A DNA stretch of 64,000 nt from Candidatus Freyarchaeum deiterrae. Its GTDB lineage: Archaea; Asgardarchaeota; Jordiarchaeia; Jordiarchaeales; Jordiarchaeaceae. Below are positions 32,451 through 44,200 of the stretch, piece by piece. The notes below the pieces were generated by a model. The model was not told the DNA's origin, ran no database searches, and saw only the letters and a list, made by a program, of their open reading frames with translations. The translations under genes were made by a program, and so were the position numbers. The stretch is taken from assembly GCA_037305845.1 (NCBI GenBank), contig CP147778.1:1568001-1632000 (forward strand), written 5' to 3'. Positions within the stretch are counted from its first letter, which is position 1. The number at the start of each line of letters is the position of its first letter.

Positions 32451-35400
32451 TCATGCAAAATTATCTATACTGAATATTAGAAATTCAGCAAACGCATCCA
32501 TTTTACCAGTTTTTCGCTCACTTATCCCCCAATTCTGCATCGCATCTAGTATTTTCCGCATCGGAGAAGGTAAAATAAGATAGTGGGTATCCTTGTAGTT
32601 ATCGTTAAATTTCATTTCAAGACCCTTTAACGTCTCAGCCGGGGGTTGTTTAAATTTATCCCAAGCATTTCTAACCTTTACAGCATATCTCTCGTCTTCG
32701 TAATCAATCCATTTTTTTTTGAGATTAAAGAACCAAGTATCTAAATCAAATTTTTCACCTACTGAAATTTTAGTGAATGTATTCCAATATAGATTAATTT
32801 CATCCATTCTTTCTTGAGTAAGATTTTTTTCATATGGGATAAAATTAGGGCAATTAAGTTGAGCGAACTTTGGACTAAATATCTCCATAATAACTGATGG
32901 TGCCAAGTCACTCTTGAGTTTAGTTCCTACACAAATCTGCTGTCCATCTATTTCTATCTTATATTCTTCACCAAGACGGGGATCATGGTTAGGATAAAGC
33001 GCCTCTTTCCCCCTAAACTTATCGATAGGAAGAATTACCTTAGCTTTTCTGCTTAAACCAAACATATGCAACATAAGTATAAATGATTTCATTGACGCCG
33101 GAACAGTTTCACGACTAGTATTAAGTGCGCATATTAAATCTAATTCCGATTTAGGAGCAAGTATAGCATTTCTTATATCTTCTTCGGTTCCCTCGCTCCT
33201 GTAAATGTTATATACAAAAATACCCTCTCCATAAATACTAGAACTTGCTGATAAAAGCATCCTTTCACGTAGGGATGCTATTCTCTCTAAAATGCCCATA
33301 GAATCTAACAAACGTAAACACTCCGTAGGATTGGTGAAAAGAAATCCTTGAAGCTGTTCATAAATTTTAGCAATACTACCGTGACTTGTTCCCTGCTCAG
33401 TACTGAGAAGTTCATGTGCATACTCGAACGTTTTTAGACCCTGATATACATCATTCAAAGCAATTGGAACGGATTTGCATTTATCCCAAACATTTGACCC
33501 TTTCAGTAAGTGATCATAACCGGGGATGGTTGTAATTTCTGGATTGGTAACGGGAGTTAAATCAAGTTTTCCATTAGAACCTATTTTGAGCCTGTATACT
33601 AAAAAGGAGTCAATTCTTGAAAAAAGTTTTTGTTCACAACTGGAAATTGGCATTTGTGGGCGTCTAGGGTCTCTGTTCCAAAATTTGAATAGTATTGATT
33701 CTGAGACAGTATCTTGAGTAATAGTAAATTTGTCGCCGTCAATAAGGCTTTGCTCACTTTTACTCTTCCAGATTGGAACATAGACATACGTATCACCATT
33801 TGGATCCCTTAGGCTACGTGCTTGATCTATAAAAGCAATAGTATCTTTAGCAGGGTCAAATTTTTCTTTAGAAAGCCACATAGTCTGGTCGTCTGGGTCT
33901 CTAGGACGCTCACTAATAGTATCTTTTGGAATTATCATAAATCCAAGGTTATCTATGTACTGTCCAAAATGCTTATGGAGTGAGGAGAGCTGGAGATTAT
34001 CAATTGTTTTGTCAATACTAATCTCTTTACCATCGTCAGTCTTCACTCTCCATCTATTATAGTTGAGCATATCGGCTGCTCTGTACTCGCCTAATAGGGC
34101 TACACCTTTTTGAGTCATTATTAAATGTTCAGTCATAAAACTTGCCTTATCGATGATATAAGTAACTCTTGAAAGTTCATTGCTAGGAATTGTAAGAAGC
34201 TTCTTCAACAAGTCTGGGTAGGATACACTTGATGCCCATTTACCTGACACATCTTTTTTTAACTCGGAGCCTAATCTGCCGTGAACATACCAAAGTGGTT
34301 TTCCAAGTATGTTCATGTATATTCCCCGCAATAAACTTCTAAGATGCTTGTTATCCGAAAATTTACCCTTTTCCGAGTTCCAAATGGGGGTCCATAATAG
34401 ACCAGTAACATGATCTAAGTTTTTTCTGAAAAAGCTGACCACTTCTGTAAAACCATCGTTCGACGCCGACCTTCTCCAAAATTCATATTCAGTACTACCA
34501 GACTGTGTTCGCATACCCTCTTCAGTTACATCAGTAGGAGGTTGCTTCAGATCTATCCATAGACCTGTATCTGGTTGGAAGAAAGCGATAATTTTCCCTG
34601 TTTTCCGATCGACTGTAAGCCGCACAATCGGCTGACCAGTCTGTGGGTCTATCGTTCTTCTAGCTAATCCGTTGTGTAATAGCCACTCATCATCCAGTAG
34701 ATATTTAGGATCTCTTGGGTCAGATTGTGAGGCAGTTAATTGTAAGAGTCCGATTCTTTTAGAACAAGCGTATGGACCATTATCAATTACTACTGTTACT
34801 TTGGGAACCGCATGCTCAGTGTCCTCAGTTACAATATATGAATATTTGAAAACCATTCCCCAAAAATCTAGACTAAATTCATTCTCATAATCGTCATATG
34901 CCCCAATTAAAGTTGATGTACGGTTGAAAAACACATTAGCAAAATCAACGGTATGCTCCCATAAAATTCCATAAAGCCCTAGTCCACCAGTAAACTTGCC
35001 TAATCCTCCGACGTACTCGTTTCGCCAAGTATAATACTTCGCCATTTTTTGATGTATTACGTTCCACGTGTTGTCCCTCTTTCCTACGATTTTATACGGG
35101 TTATAAGTCATCATAAGCCTTAGTAACATATTACCCCAAGTGGTTTGGCTCTCATCTCCATACCCGCCTGCTCTAGGCACATACACTATGAAATCATTCC
35201 AGATACCTGCGTGGTTTTTTGGGTCTAGAATCTCCTTTTGCCCATCCTTTAAAAGTTTATAAATCTCATTCCAATCGTATCCCAACCAATATTGCACAGC
35301 ATTAGTAGGCAAAGGTTCAGGATCGGCGTTGGTAGCGAAGCTGGTTTTTGAACTCCTTATCAATTGGGAGTACGATTTCTGGAATATCTGGTTGATTCTT

Positions 35401-37541
35401 CGCTGGACTTTTTCACTTGTTTCTTCCACGTATTTGAGGGCATCCATAAACACATCATATGGGAATTCGTGGCTCATGAGCCACTCGTCGAACAAGGTGT
35501 CGTAGAATATTGCTCTTCTTTTTTCCTTTCCCTCTTGCTCCGCAGGCTCTTTCATGCTATCCGCTTTCTTCGACACTTCCCCAGATAGTTTCAGAATCTC
35601 ATCCAAGGTTATGAAGTGAACTGTTCCATTTGGTTCACGGATGCGGAAAAATCCTTCAAGATTCAACGCTCCTTCCGTAGCGCGTAGAGCTTCCTTCGCG
35701 TTTTCATATATCTTGTTCAGAGTTTCCATCGTTCTTTTGGGTGTTCTCTCCAGTATTTTTACGAGTGATACGAAGGTCTGCTTATCCATTATTTTGTTCG
35801 TGTTGTACTCGTATCCGCGAATCTGTTTCTCGTCGAAGGGCAGTTTCCTTTTCTCCAGCGCCTGCACGACGTGATTCACATTACCCTTAAATTTCTCAAG
35901 AACTCTTTGCATCACGTTATCCATATCTCTACTCATAACCGGTTTGGGCATCACTACCCTGCGTTCACCAGCCTCTCTTCCCGAATCTCTTCCTTCAACC
36001 TTATTACCTTCTTTGGATGATTCCCCGCTTCTCTCTGCTGGTTCTCGCCTTTCTGCTTTCTCCGTCTTTTCGGGGGATTTATTGGAATCTGCTTCTTGGT
36101 TTTGTGGAATTTTTTCGGTTTCAGTCTTTTCTATTGGAGATAGGACTTGTTTTTCATCCTCGCTCTTCACTTCTTCTCCGGTGCTTCTCTCCTTAGGTGT
36201 GTATTCGACACTTACAGCCTTTTCCTCTGAGGAAATAAGGTATCTGTCTTCCTTCGCCTCGCCTCCACCCATCATTACATGTAGTGTTCCATTAGCTCCT
36301 CTATGCTCAGTTTCCACAGAGCCGATGTATTTCCCCTCAACTTTTCTTTCCCCCATTCCGAGGCTCCCCTCGCTTTTCTCAGAGCCTTCCGATGTGTGCT
36401 TCACCTCTTTTAGGGGTAAGTCTCCTTCTCTCTTCCAGAAATCCACCTCAATTGTTTTAACTGCGCCTTTGCCGTCTTCTCCCTCGGTTTTTTCGCGAAC
36501 CAGCATAGTTCCACTTATATGAGAATAACGAATATTCCCATCGCGGCTCAACCATTGCTCGGTTTTAGTCTTCCAGCCTAGTACGTTGGCGTAAGCGGGG
36601 TCGCTAGTTTGTTTTATTTCCGTCTTCACTTCGGGGGAATCCTTTAAAACGAGGATTGAGGCTTTATCTGAAGTGGTTTCCAATTTACTTTCCGATCTTT
36701 GCAGAGAAACGTCTAGGATATGTTTGATGTTGTCTACGAAGTCCTTCTGCTCCATGCTGAGCTCGAAACTTTTCCATTCTTGGCTCTGAATCCCTTCGGG
36801 TGTTTCGTGCGGTGGAACATTGGAACTCATACCACGAATATCCATGGAAAACGTTCCATCGTCATAATGAATTTCAACAGGTGGAAGATTCTCGTACCCG
36901 CTAACCCGCTCACCACTCGTTTCACTGTCCTTATTCTCTCCCTTCTTCTCTTCTTCTCTCCCTGCTTTCTCATATTCCCGCTTTTCCTTCTCCTCTACAT
37001 CATGTTCCCTCCTTAGTTCCTCCTCCTTCTCCTGCTGCTTCTCCTCTCTTTTCTCTGTCTCTTTCTCCGGTTCTTCTTCGCGATTTCTATCAGAGGCGGA
37101 CTCACTTTCTGGTTTTTCTGCGGTTTCCGGCTGGTCTCGGTTCTCCGCAAATTCCCCAGCTGGTTCAGAGTCTTCAGGTTTCTCTTTATCCTTTTCAGAC
37201 TCCTCTTCATGGCCTTCGGACGAAGGATGCTCTTCCTCAGTCTCTTTGGCGGCTTCCAACTGTTCTTCAGTCTCTACGTCTTCTCTGTTAGCCACTAAAT
37301 CCTCAGCACTACGCTCATCCATCTCCAAGTCTTCTCTGTTAGCCACTAAATCCTCTGCGCTTCGCTCATCTGCTTCCACATCTTCTCTATTCGCAACTAA
37401 ATCTTCAGCACTCCGCTCATCGTCCTCTAATCCCTTTTCATGAGCTTCGTCGCTATGAGGTTCCCTGTCTTCGTGTTTATCGGACGACCCTCTCTCTCCT
37501 CGCTCCATATGATTATTCCTTCCTCTGAGGGTATTTTTCAA
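32451..37541 (-). CDS. Giant hypothetical protein (1696 aa) with disordered acidic N-terminus and globular C-terminal region
   Basis: Long ORF overlapping the ATPase stop; no family recognised. Confidence 0.75.
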   Translation of the reverse strand: MKNTLRGRNNHMERGERGSSDKHEDREPHSDEAHEKGLEDDERSAEDLVANREDVEADERSAEDLVANREDLEMDERSAEDLVANREDVETEEQLEAAKETEEEHPSSEGHEEESEKDKEKPEDSEPAGEFAENRDQPETAEKPESESASDRNREEEPEKETEKREEKQQEKEEELRREHDVEEKEKREYEKAGREEEKKGENKDSETSGERVSGYENLPPVEIHYDDGTFSMDIRGMSSNVPPHETPEGIQSQEWKSFELSMEQKDFVDNIKHILDVSLQRSESKLETTSDKASILVLKDSPEVKTEIKQTSDPAYANVLGWKTKTEQWLSRDGNIRYSHISGTMLVREKTEGEDGKGAVKTIEVDFWKREGDLPLKEVKHTSEGSEKSEGSLGMGERKVEGKYIGSVETEHRGANGTLHVMMGGGEAKEDRYLISSEEKAVSVEYTPKERSTGEEVKSEDEKQVLSPIEKTETEKIPQNQEADSNKSPEKTEKAERREPAERSGESSKEGNKVEGRDSGREAGERRVVMPKPVMSRDMDNVMQRVLEKFKGNVNHVVQALEKRKLPFDEKQIRGYEYNTNKIMDKQTFVSLVKILERTPKRTMETLNKIYENAKEALRATEGALNLEGFFRIREPNGTVHFITLDEILKLSGEVSKKADSMKEPAEQEGKEKRRAIFYDTLFDEWLMSHEFPYDVFMDALKYVEETSEKVQRRINQIFQKSYSQLIRSSKTSFATNADPEPLPTNAVQYWLGYDWNEIYKLLKDGQKEILDPKNHAGIWNDFIVYVPRAGGYGDESQTTWGNMLLRLMMTYNPYKIVGKRDNTWNVIHQKMAKYYTWRNEYVGGLGKFTGGLGLYGILWEHTVDFANVFFNRTSTLIGAYDDYENEFSLDFWGMVFKYSYIVTEDTEHAVPKVTVVIDNGPYACSKRIGLLQLTASQSDPRDPKYLLDDEWLLHNGLARRTIDPQTGQPIVRLTVDRKTGKIIAFFQPDTGLWIDLKQPPTDVTEEGMRTQSGSTEYEFWRRSASNDGFTEVVSFFRKNLDHVTGLLWTPIWNSEKGKFSDNKHLRSLLRGIYMNILGKPLWYVHGRLGSELKKDVSGKWASSVSYPDLLKKLLTIPSNELSRVTYIIDKASFMTEHLIMTQKGVALLGEYRAADMLNYNRWRVKTDDGKEISIDKTIDNLQLSSLHKHFGQYIDNLGFMIIPKDTISERPRDPDDQTMWLSKEKFDPAKDTIAFIDQARSLRDPNGDTYVYVPIWKSKSEQSLIDGDKFTITQDTVSESILFKFWNRDPRRPQMPISSCEQKLFSRIDSFLVYRLKIGSNGKLDLTPVTNPEITTIPGYDHLLKGSNVWDKCKSVPIALNDVYQGLKTFEYAHELLSTEQGTSHGSIAKIYEQLQGFLFTNPTECLRLLDSMGILERIASLRERMLLSASSSIYGEGIFVYNIYRSEGTEEDIRNAILAPKSELDLICALNTSRETVPASMKSFILMLHMFGLSRKAKVILPIDKFRGKEALYPNHDPRLGEEYKIEIDGQQICVGTKLKSDLAPSVIMEIFSPKFAQLNCPNFIPYEKNLTQERMDEINLYWNTFTKISVGEKFDLDTWFFNLKKKWIDYEDERYAVKVRNAWDKFKQPPAETLKGLEMKFNDNYKDTHYLILPSPMRKILDAMQNWGISERKTGKMDAFAEFLIFSIDNFA
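37269..37421 (-). repeat. Three 51-nt (17-aa) tandem repeats DERSAEDLVANREDxEx
   Basis: Visible in translation; synonymous differences between units. Confidence 0.88.
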
Positions 37542-40002
37542 CAGCTAGTTTTTGGAGAGTGCTTAGAATTTCCTCTTTTCTGTCTGGGGCGTTTTGGAAA
37601 CTGGCTATGTTTTCCGCGGTTCTCTCAAGAAAACGCGTCAGCTTTTGATACGGGGGTTGATTCATCTCTTGGTATATCTCGCCGAACTTTGCGGTGTTAA
37701 CTACCTCCCTGACTTTTGCATACAACCTATCCTCAACCGGCTCCTTCCCCACAACTGCTGCTGCTTTTACTGCATTTTCTCCTGTGTTTTCCTGATGGCT
37801 TGCGTGTTGAGCGTAGACTTCGCTGGGCATCACGTCTAGTAAGGGGTTGTGTTCACGCCAGCGGTACCTCTTGTAGAGGTGCTCCATGCTTTTCTTCACC
37901 GTCTCGTTGCTGACCGGCTGGAGGTCGTATCCCAGCTCCTTGAGGTTGGGTACCTTGACCTGCTTCACCGGCTGGCCCTGATTCCATAGGAGGGCGACCC
38001 CGGTCTCGAAGTCCAGTATGGCCCGCATCTGCTCCTCGTTCAGCCCAATGCTCAACCCCATGCGCTTCCGATCCTCCTCGTCCGGCAGCTGGAGCAGAAA
38101 CTTGGTGTTAGTGTTCTTCATAGCGTCCTCAGGCAGCCTCCCCGGGTACTGGTCGACGAGAACCACTCCCAACCCGAAGGATCGCGCCTCACTCAGAAGC
38201 TGACTCAGAACCTTGCTCGAGAACTCCCCCACACGTGATTTATCATCCCCGAAACTGCCCTTCCTGTTTCCAACGACACGGTGAGCCTCCTCTATGACGC
38301 ACAGCATATCCACACCCTCCTTCTTTTTCTCCCCATCTTTTTCCCTGACGCGTTGGTTCTCGTATATCCAGTTGAGGAGCAGGGAAGCTACGAGGGCTTT
38401 GTCATCATCTGACAGGCTCTGAAGCTCGAATACAGCGGGTTTCTCCAGGAGGACTTCGAAGGGCATGCTCTCAGTGGGAACCAGCATTCTGCCCCGAACG
38501 TCCATGGTTAGGCTGCGTATACGAGTTATGAAGGCTCCGATAACGTTGCGCTTGAATTCCTCATCGTAGGTTGCGTTTTGGGCGACCTCCCTCATCGCGT
38601 CGCACAGGTCTATTAGGTTTGGGGTGGTCTCTCCGTGAGCTTCTCCCTCCGTGTCCCATCCCTTCTTTCTGTAGGCTTGATTTAGAGACATTCGGAGGAA
38701 CTCGGGCATCGGGTCCCAGAGGTAGAAAACGTAGCTGAATATCTCGACGAGTTCCGCGATGTGCGTCGCCACCAGTATTCCCTTAGTCACTTCTAGCGGG
38801 TTGAATCTTATGGGGCAGAGGAGTTCGTTGCCAGCCGTGAACACGTTTATGTCCATGTAGTTCAGGAGGGCTCGGTACTCCTGCTTTATGGGTTCAATCA
38901 CGATAAAGTTTATCCCCATCTCTTGGAGTTTAATGCAGAAGTAGAGCATAAGGTTGCTCTTCCCAGCCTTAGTCGACCCCACAACCAGTACGTGCGCGTC
39001 GAGGAATCTGAGCTCGAGACCCACCTTCATATCCAGCATACGCCCATCCCTCATGAGGCTGCCCACCGGTAGGCTCGGACTCTTTGGGGACGTCGGGGCG
39101 TGGGCGAAGGCCGCAACCTTCCTGATCCTGACCCCCACATCCTTTCTGGGTAGCTGGAGCAGGGCTGAAGCTTCCCAGCGGGATATGTTCATGGGGGCTT
39201 CGCAGCGCAGGTTGATGAGTTCCTCCAGAATCTTTTGAGCCTTTGTGCCAGAGGCGGTCTTCAGATGATTGGGTTTCGGGTTCTCGAGACCTGAGGCTAG
39301 TGAGCCGGCTAGGGTTTCGGCGTTCAGTTGGGCTTCCTCGGCTGTTTTTCCGGAGACCACTACGTAGATGCCCATTTTCACCAGGCCGTGCTCTATTTCG
39401 AGCTGGAGCCGCTTCTCTCTGAGGGACATCTGGTAGTTTTTCTTCTCCGCCCTCTTCTGGGTGAGTTCATTGAACAGTTTTCTTCTCCGGTACAGGTGGA
39501 GCCTTTCGGATATGGGGGTGAGGGGTTCCACGTAGATGTACACGAAGCCGTTCAGCTCGCGCTGTACGAGTTGCTCGTAGACTGCTTCCAGGGGAAATTC
39601 CGCGAGGGGGCGGGCTTTTCCAGACAGGTGAATTATGAAGGCGTTCGGAACCACGATGTTCGCGTGTTTGGTATGTTCTGTTTTCAGCCCCGGGATGCGG
39701 GATTCGTAGATTGCTCCAAGGTATTGTGCCGCCTGTTCTCCGCCCTGAACTATGAAGAACATGCTTCCCACGCCCTTCGTGAAGCCGGTGATAAAAGCGA
39801 ACCTTCTCCTCTTAGCCGCCATGGCGTGGATGAGTGCCCTGGCTTCGGAGTTCTCCGGGACGGGGAGGGCGTCTGGTGGAGGCGTCTCGTGGTCTTGATC
39901 CTTCTTCAGTTGCCGTATGAGGTAGTTTTCGGGAATCTCTAGAATCTTGACGTATCCCAGTTCATACTTCTTCTTCCTGCGTCTCTTACTACTATTAGGC
40001 AC
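37513..40002 (-). CDS. HerA/FtsK/VirB4-like ATPase
   Basis: HVLVVGSTKAGKS (Walker A), FNPL, IEEAHR (Walker B), EARSFG...DQ.P..L....KNT. Confidence 0.85.
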   Translation of the reverse strand: MPNSSKRRRKKKYELGYVKILEIPENYLIRQLKKDQDHETPPPDALPVPENSEARALIHAMAAKRRRFAFITGFTKGVGSMFFIVQGGEQAAQYLGAIYESRIPGLKTEHTKHANIVVPNAFIIHLSGKARPLAEFPLEAVYEQLVQRELNGFVYIYVEPLTPISERLHLYRRRKLFNELTQKRAEKKNYQMSLREKRLQLEIEHGLVKMGIYVVVSGKTAEEAQLNAETLAGSLASGLENPKPNHLKTASGTKAQKILEELINLRCEAPMNISRWEASALLQLPRKDVGVRIRKVAAFAHAPTSPKSPSLPVGSLMRDGRMLDMKVGLELRFLDAHVLVVGSTKAGKSNLMLYFCIKLQEMGINFIVIEPIKQEYRALLNYMDINVFTAGNELLCPIRFNPLEVTKGILVATHIAELVEIFSYVFYLWDPMPEFLRMSLNQAYRKKGWDTEGEAHGETTPNLIDLCDAMREVAQNATYDEEFKRNVIGAFITRIRSLTMDVRGRMLVPTESMPFEVLLEKPAVFELQSLSDDDKALVASLLLNWIYENQRVREKDGEKKKEGVDMLCVIEEAHRVVGNRKGSFGDDKSRVGEFSSKVLSQLLSEARSFGLGVVLVDQYPGRLPEDAMKNTNTKFLLQLPDEEDRKRMGLSIGLNEEQMRAILDFETGVALLWNQGQPVKQVKVPNLKELGYDLQPVSNETVKKSMEHLYKRYRWREHNPLLDVMPSEVYAQHASHQENTGENAVKAAAVVGKEPVEDRLYAKVREVVNTAKFGEIYQEMNQPPYQKLTRFLERTAENIASFQNAPDRKEEILSTLQKLAVEKYPQRKE

Positions 40003-40137
40003 TTATATTACCCTTTCAGAAATTTTTGTAAACAGCAAAATATTTTCTGAAGAAACTATTTAAAGACAGCAAATCTGGTGTTCTTTTGAAAAGGTAGAAG
40101 ATGTTATCGAAAAACTAATCTAGCTGTGAACTTTTTA

Positions 40138-40473
40138 TTAGATTAGTAGGAGTGCTGCGGCTGCGGCGGTTGTTGTGCCTCCTTGCTGGGCTAGCCATTG
40201 GTAGATGAGCGTGTAGAGGTAGATTGAGAGGTACTGCACCACTCCGCCCATGGCTTCCGAGATGAGGGGCAGGACGGTTTGCCATGTAACGGAGAGTCCG
40301 ATGATGAACAGGCTGACAATCAAACCTATAATGGGACCCGTGCGGTTGTAGGAGGTCGCCAGCTTCACCAGGTTAAGTACGAGCAGACCTATTCCGACCA
40401 CTAGGACAATCCCGAAGACAATGTTGAGCAGGCCATTAGTCAGAGGGTTGTACACAAACCAGAACGGATCCAT
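40138..40473 (-). CDS. Small hydrophobic membrane protein
   Basis: Two to three TM segments; GGGAGG upstream of ATG. Confidence 0.7.
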   Translation of the reverse strand: MDPFWFVYNPLTNGLLNIVFGIVLVVGIGLLVLNLVKLATSYNRTGPIIGLIVSLFIIGLSVTWQTVLPLISEAMGGVVQYLSIYLYTLIYQWLAQQGGTTTAAAAALLLI

Positions 40474-41217
40474 GATAAACCATTCCTCCCTCTACTTTTT
40501 CAGGAAAGATATATGAACACCACGAAAAATGAAAAAACGGTGGGGGAAGAGAAACTCGCTCACTCACTCAAACCTCTAAACGTGTACATGTTTTACTCTA
40601 GGGAATAAGTACGCACCAGGCTACAAAAATAGAGATACTCCTATTCCGAAAAATAGGAGGAGAGGATTTGTGATGGACACGTACTGGAGCCTAGTGCGCT
40701 ACTTTATAGTTGCCCTAAAGACTACATTCTCTAGTGGCAGCCTCAAATACTATGAAATCTCTTAAAAACCCCGCGTTACTGCAAATATTCCAAAATTTCT
40801 AGCAATATCCTCATTGCCAAGGCGATTTCAAGCGCCATTCTTCATATTCTCTAGATAATCCCATGTCTAAAGAACTATAACTAGAAGATAACTCTGAAAC
40901 AACAGAAGTACGGTGAGCAATTATATATAACGAACTATGTATAACGAATGGATAACAGATATCTGTAGAAAACACGATGGGGAAATATTTTGCCTGCCTG
41001 ATTCATAAACAGTATTCAGTAACTTGAACACGAGTTATGGATCAACCAAGTATAGCAACTACGTTTACGAGAAAAAATTTCCAGTGCATGTCCGAATATA
41101 TTTCAAAAAATTTTTATGAGGCCTAGGATCTCTCGGCATTTCTGTAATAATTATGAGATATTAATAACCATAAAAATTTTATCTATTAACCTCAAATATA
41201 TTTCAGCAACGAGAAGG

Positions 41218-44200
41218 ATGAGAGTAATGAACGTTAAAAATGAAACAAATTTAAGTGAAACGTTCTTGAAGCCGGGGAGTATTCTAGAAGGCCCTTTCTG
41301 GCCTGAACGCATAAAGATTATTTCTTATAAAGAAATTGGAACTGGCGTCGAAGTTCAAGGTATAGGTTTAAAGTCTGAGCGATTCTACTCGCGCATTCTG
41401 CGGAAAAGTGATTTGGAAAAGGTGAAGAGAGTTGATTTGAGAAGGAAGGATTTTTCTGGAGATTCGGAAGCTTTCTTTTTAGTAATGGAAGGTAAGAGAA
41501 TTCGTTTTGCTTTCCAGTTTGACCCTCTATACGCAGTTAATGTCTCACAAATCGACCCTTTGCCTCACCAGATCGACGCTGTTTATCACTACGTCCTAAA
41601 GCAGCCGAGAATTAGATTCCTTATTGCCGATGACCCTGGCGCCGGCAAAACCATCATGGCCGGGCTTATACTTAAAGAGCTAAAGCAGAGGGGAATAGTT
41701 GAGAGAGTTCTTATAGTTATACCTGGACACCTCAGGGATCAGTGGGTTAGAGAGCTTAAGGAGAAGTTTGGCGAAACTTTCCGTACTATGGATAGGTCTG
41801 TAATGGACGCTTCGTGGGGGCGTAACATTTGGCTGGAAGAGAACCAAGCAATAACTTCAATGGATTTTGCAAAACAGAAAGATGTTATATTGAGCTTGGC
41901 GGAAACAAGATGGGATTTGGTCATTGTTGATGAAGCACACAAGATGGCAGCTTACGAGTATGGCGAGAAATTAAAGAAAACTGATAGGTACCAGCTCGGA
42001 GAGCTTTTATCAAAAAACAGCAACTTCATGCTCTTTTTGACCGCCACACCCGACAGGGGAGACCCGAGCAATTTTAGGCTTTTCTTAGACTTGCTTGAAC
42101 CCGGATTCTTTGCAACGAATGAGATGCTTGCAGAATCCATACAAAATAAAGACAATCCTCTCTTCCTAAGACGAATGAAAGAACATTTAAAGAACTTTGA
42201 CAATACGCCTTTGTTCCCTCCAAGAAAAGTAATAACAATCAAATATCGTCTGAGCGAAGATGAGAAACGTCTCTACAATGCTGTAACAGAATACGTTGAG
42301 AAACATTATAATAGAGCTATGCAAAAAAATAAGAGGAATGTCGCTTTCGCTCTCCTGATTCTTCAGAGGCGATTGGCATCTAGTGTAAGAGCTGTGAGAA
42401 GATCCTTGGAACGGAGAAGAGACCGTCTTCTAGAATTACACGAGCAGGGAACAATAATACAAGAAGCAGGATATATAGACGAAGAAGCCTTGGATGATTC
42501 CACAGAGCTTGAGAGATGGAAAAAGGAAGACGAACTGCTAGAAAAACTCACTTCCGCCGAAACACTCGATGAACTTGAAGATGAAATCGAGAGACTTAAC
42601 GAACTCATTAAATTGGCTAAGGAAGCCGAAAAGAAAGAAGTTGAAACAAAGCTTAACGAGCTCAAAAAGGTGATAGATGAAGAGAAACTTAAGAATGGAG
42701 AAAAGCTCCTGATATTCAGCGAATCTAAAGACACACTTGAATACCTAGTTGAAAAAATACGCAAGTGGGGCTATTCTGTAACATACATTCACGGCGCAAT
42801 GAACCTTGATAAAAGAATAAACGCGGAGCATGAGTTCAAAGAGAAGGTCCAGATAATGGTTTCTACAGAGGCTGGTGGAGAAGGAATAAACCTTCAGTTT
42901 TGCTGGATAATGGTTAACTATGACATTCCTTGGAATCCTAATAGGCTCGAGCAGAGGATGGGACGGATACACAGATATGGACAGAAGTACGAAGCCCACA
43001 TTTACAATCTCGTAGCTATTGACACAAGGGAAGGCAGAATTCTTGAAACACTTTTCAACAAGCTTGACATCATCAGGATGCATCTGGGAAGTGACAGAGT
43101 TTTCGATGTCATTGGAGATGTGCTACCTGGACGGAGCCTTCAAGACCTTATTATAGAAGCCATCACAAACAAACGCTCTTTAGAGGATATATTGAAGGAT
43201 ATCGAAAGAATTCCTAATGAGGAAGCTATTAAAAGGACAAGAGAAGCAACTCTTGAAGGTCTCGCAACAAAATACATCGACTTGACCCGCATTCTGGGCG
43301 AGACAAGAATAGCAAGAGAAAGCAGATTAGTCCCAGAATACATCGAGAAATTCTTCCTCAAAGCCTCAGAGAAGCTCGGCTTGAAGGTAGAGAAGAGAAA
43401 GGACGGTTTCTACAGAATAGCTAGTATTCCATATGAACTTAGAAAACTTCCTTTCGAATTCAAAACCAAGTTCGGCGAAGTTTACAGAGAATATGGCAAG
43501 CTTTCTTTTGATAAAGAGCAAGCATCAAAGGGACAAGCAGAGTTTGCAGCACCCGGACATCCTCTTCTTGAGGCAGTGGTGGAGAAGATTTTCGAAAAAT
43601 ACAGTGATGATGTTGAGAAGGGCACTGTTTTCTTAGATCCTTCTTGCAATATGAATGGTTATATCTGGTTTTTAGAGAGTATGATAAATGACGGGACAGG
43701 CTCTGTTGCTGGCAAGAGAATTTTCGCGCTATATCAAGACAGCCAGAATGAAATAAGACAGATTTCTCCCTCGGTTCTCTGGGACTTAAAGCCTCATCAC
43801 GCTTCGATGAACACGGAATTGCTGAACGCAGTGCCAAATGAAGATGTGATTCTTACTTTTGCTGTGGAAACTGTTTTGCCAAAATACCTTGACGAGTTAA
43901 AGAAGCAAAGGGAGCATGATGCAGAAATCAAAAGAAAGTACGGAGTTAGGTCTATTAAAGAACTAATTCTGCAATCCGAGGGAAAATTGCTCGATTATGA
44001 AACGAGAAGAGCGAAGGGGGAAAACATTCCAGAAGCCACAATCCAGAATGAGAGGAGAAACCGGGAGGAGTTGGAGAGAAAGAAGGAACAGCTTGAAAAG
44101 CAAATAGAGGCAGAAGTCAACCTTTTACTGTCGCCGCCGAAAATTCTTGGGGTTGTGGTTGTGTTGCCTAAGCTACCCGAAGACGATACTCTTAAAGAGG

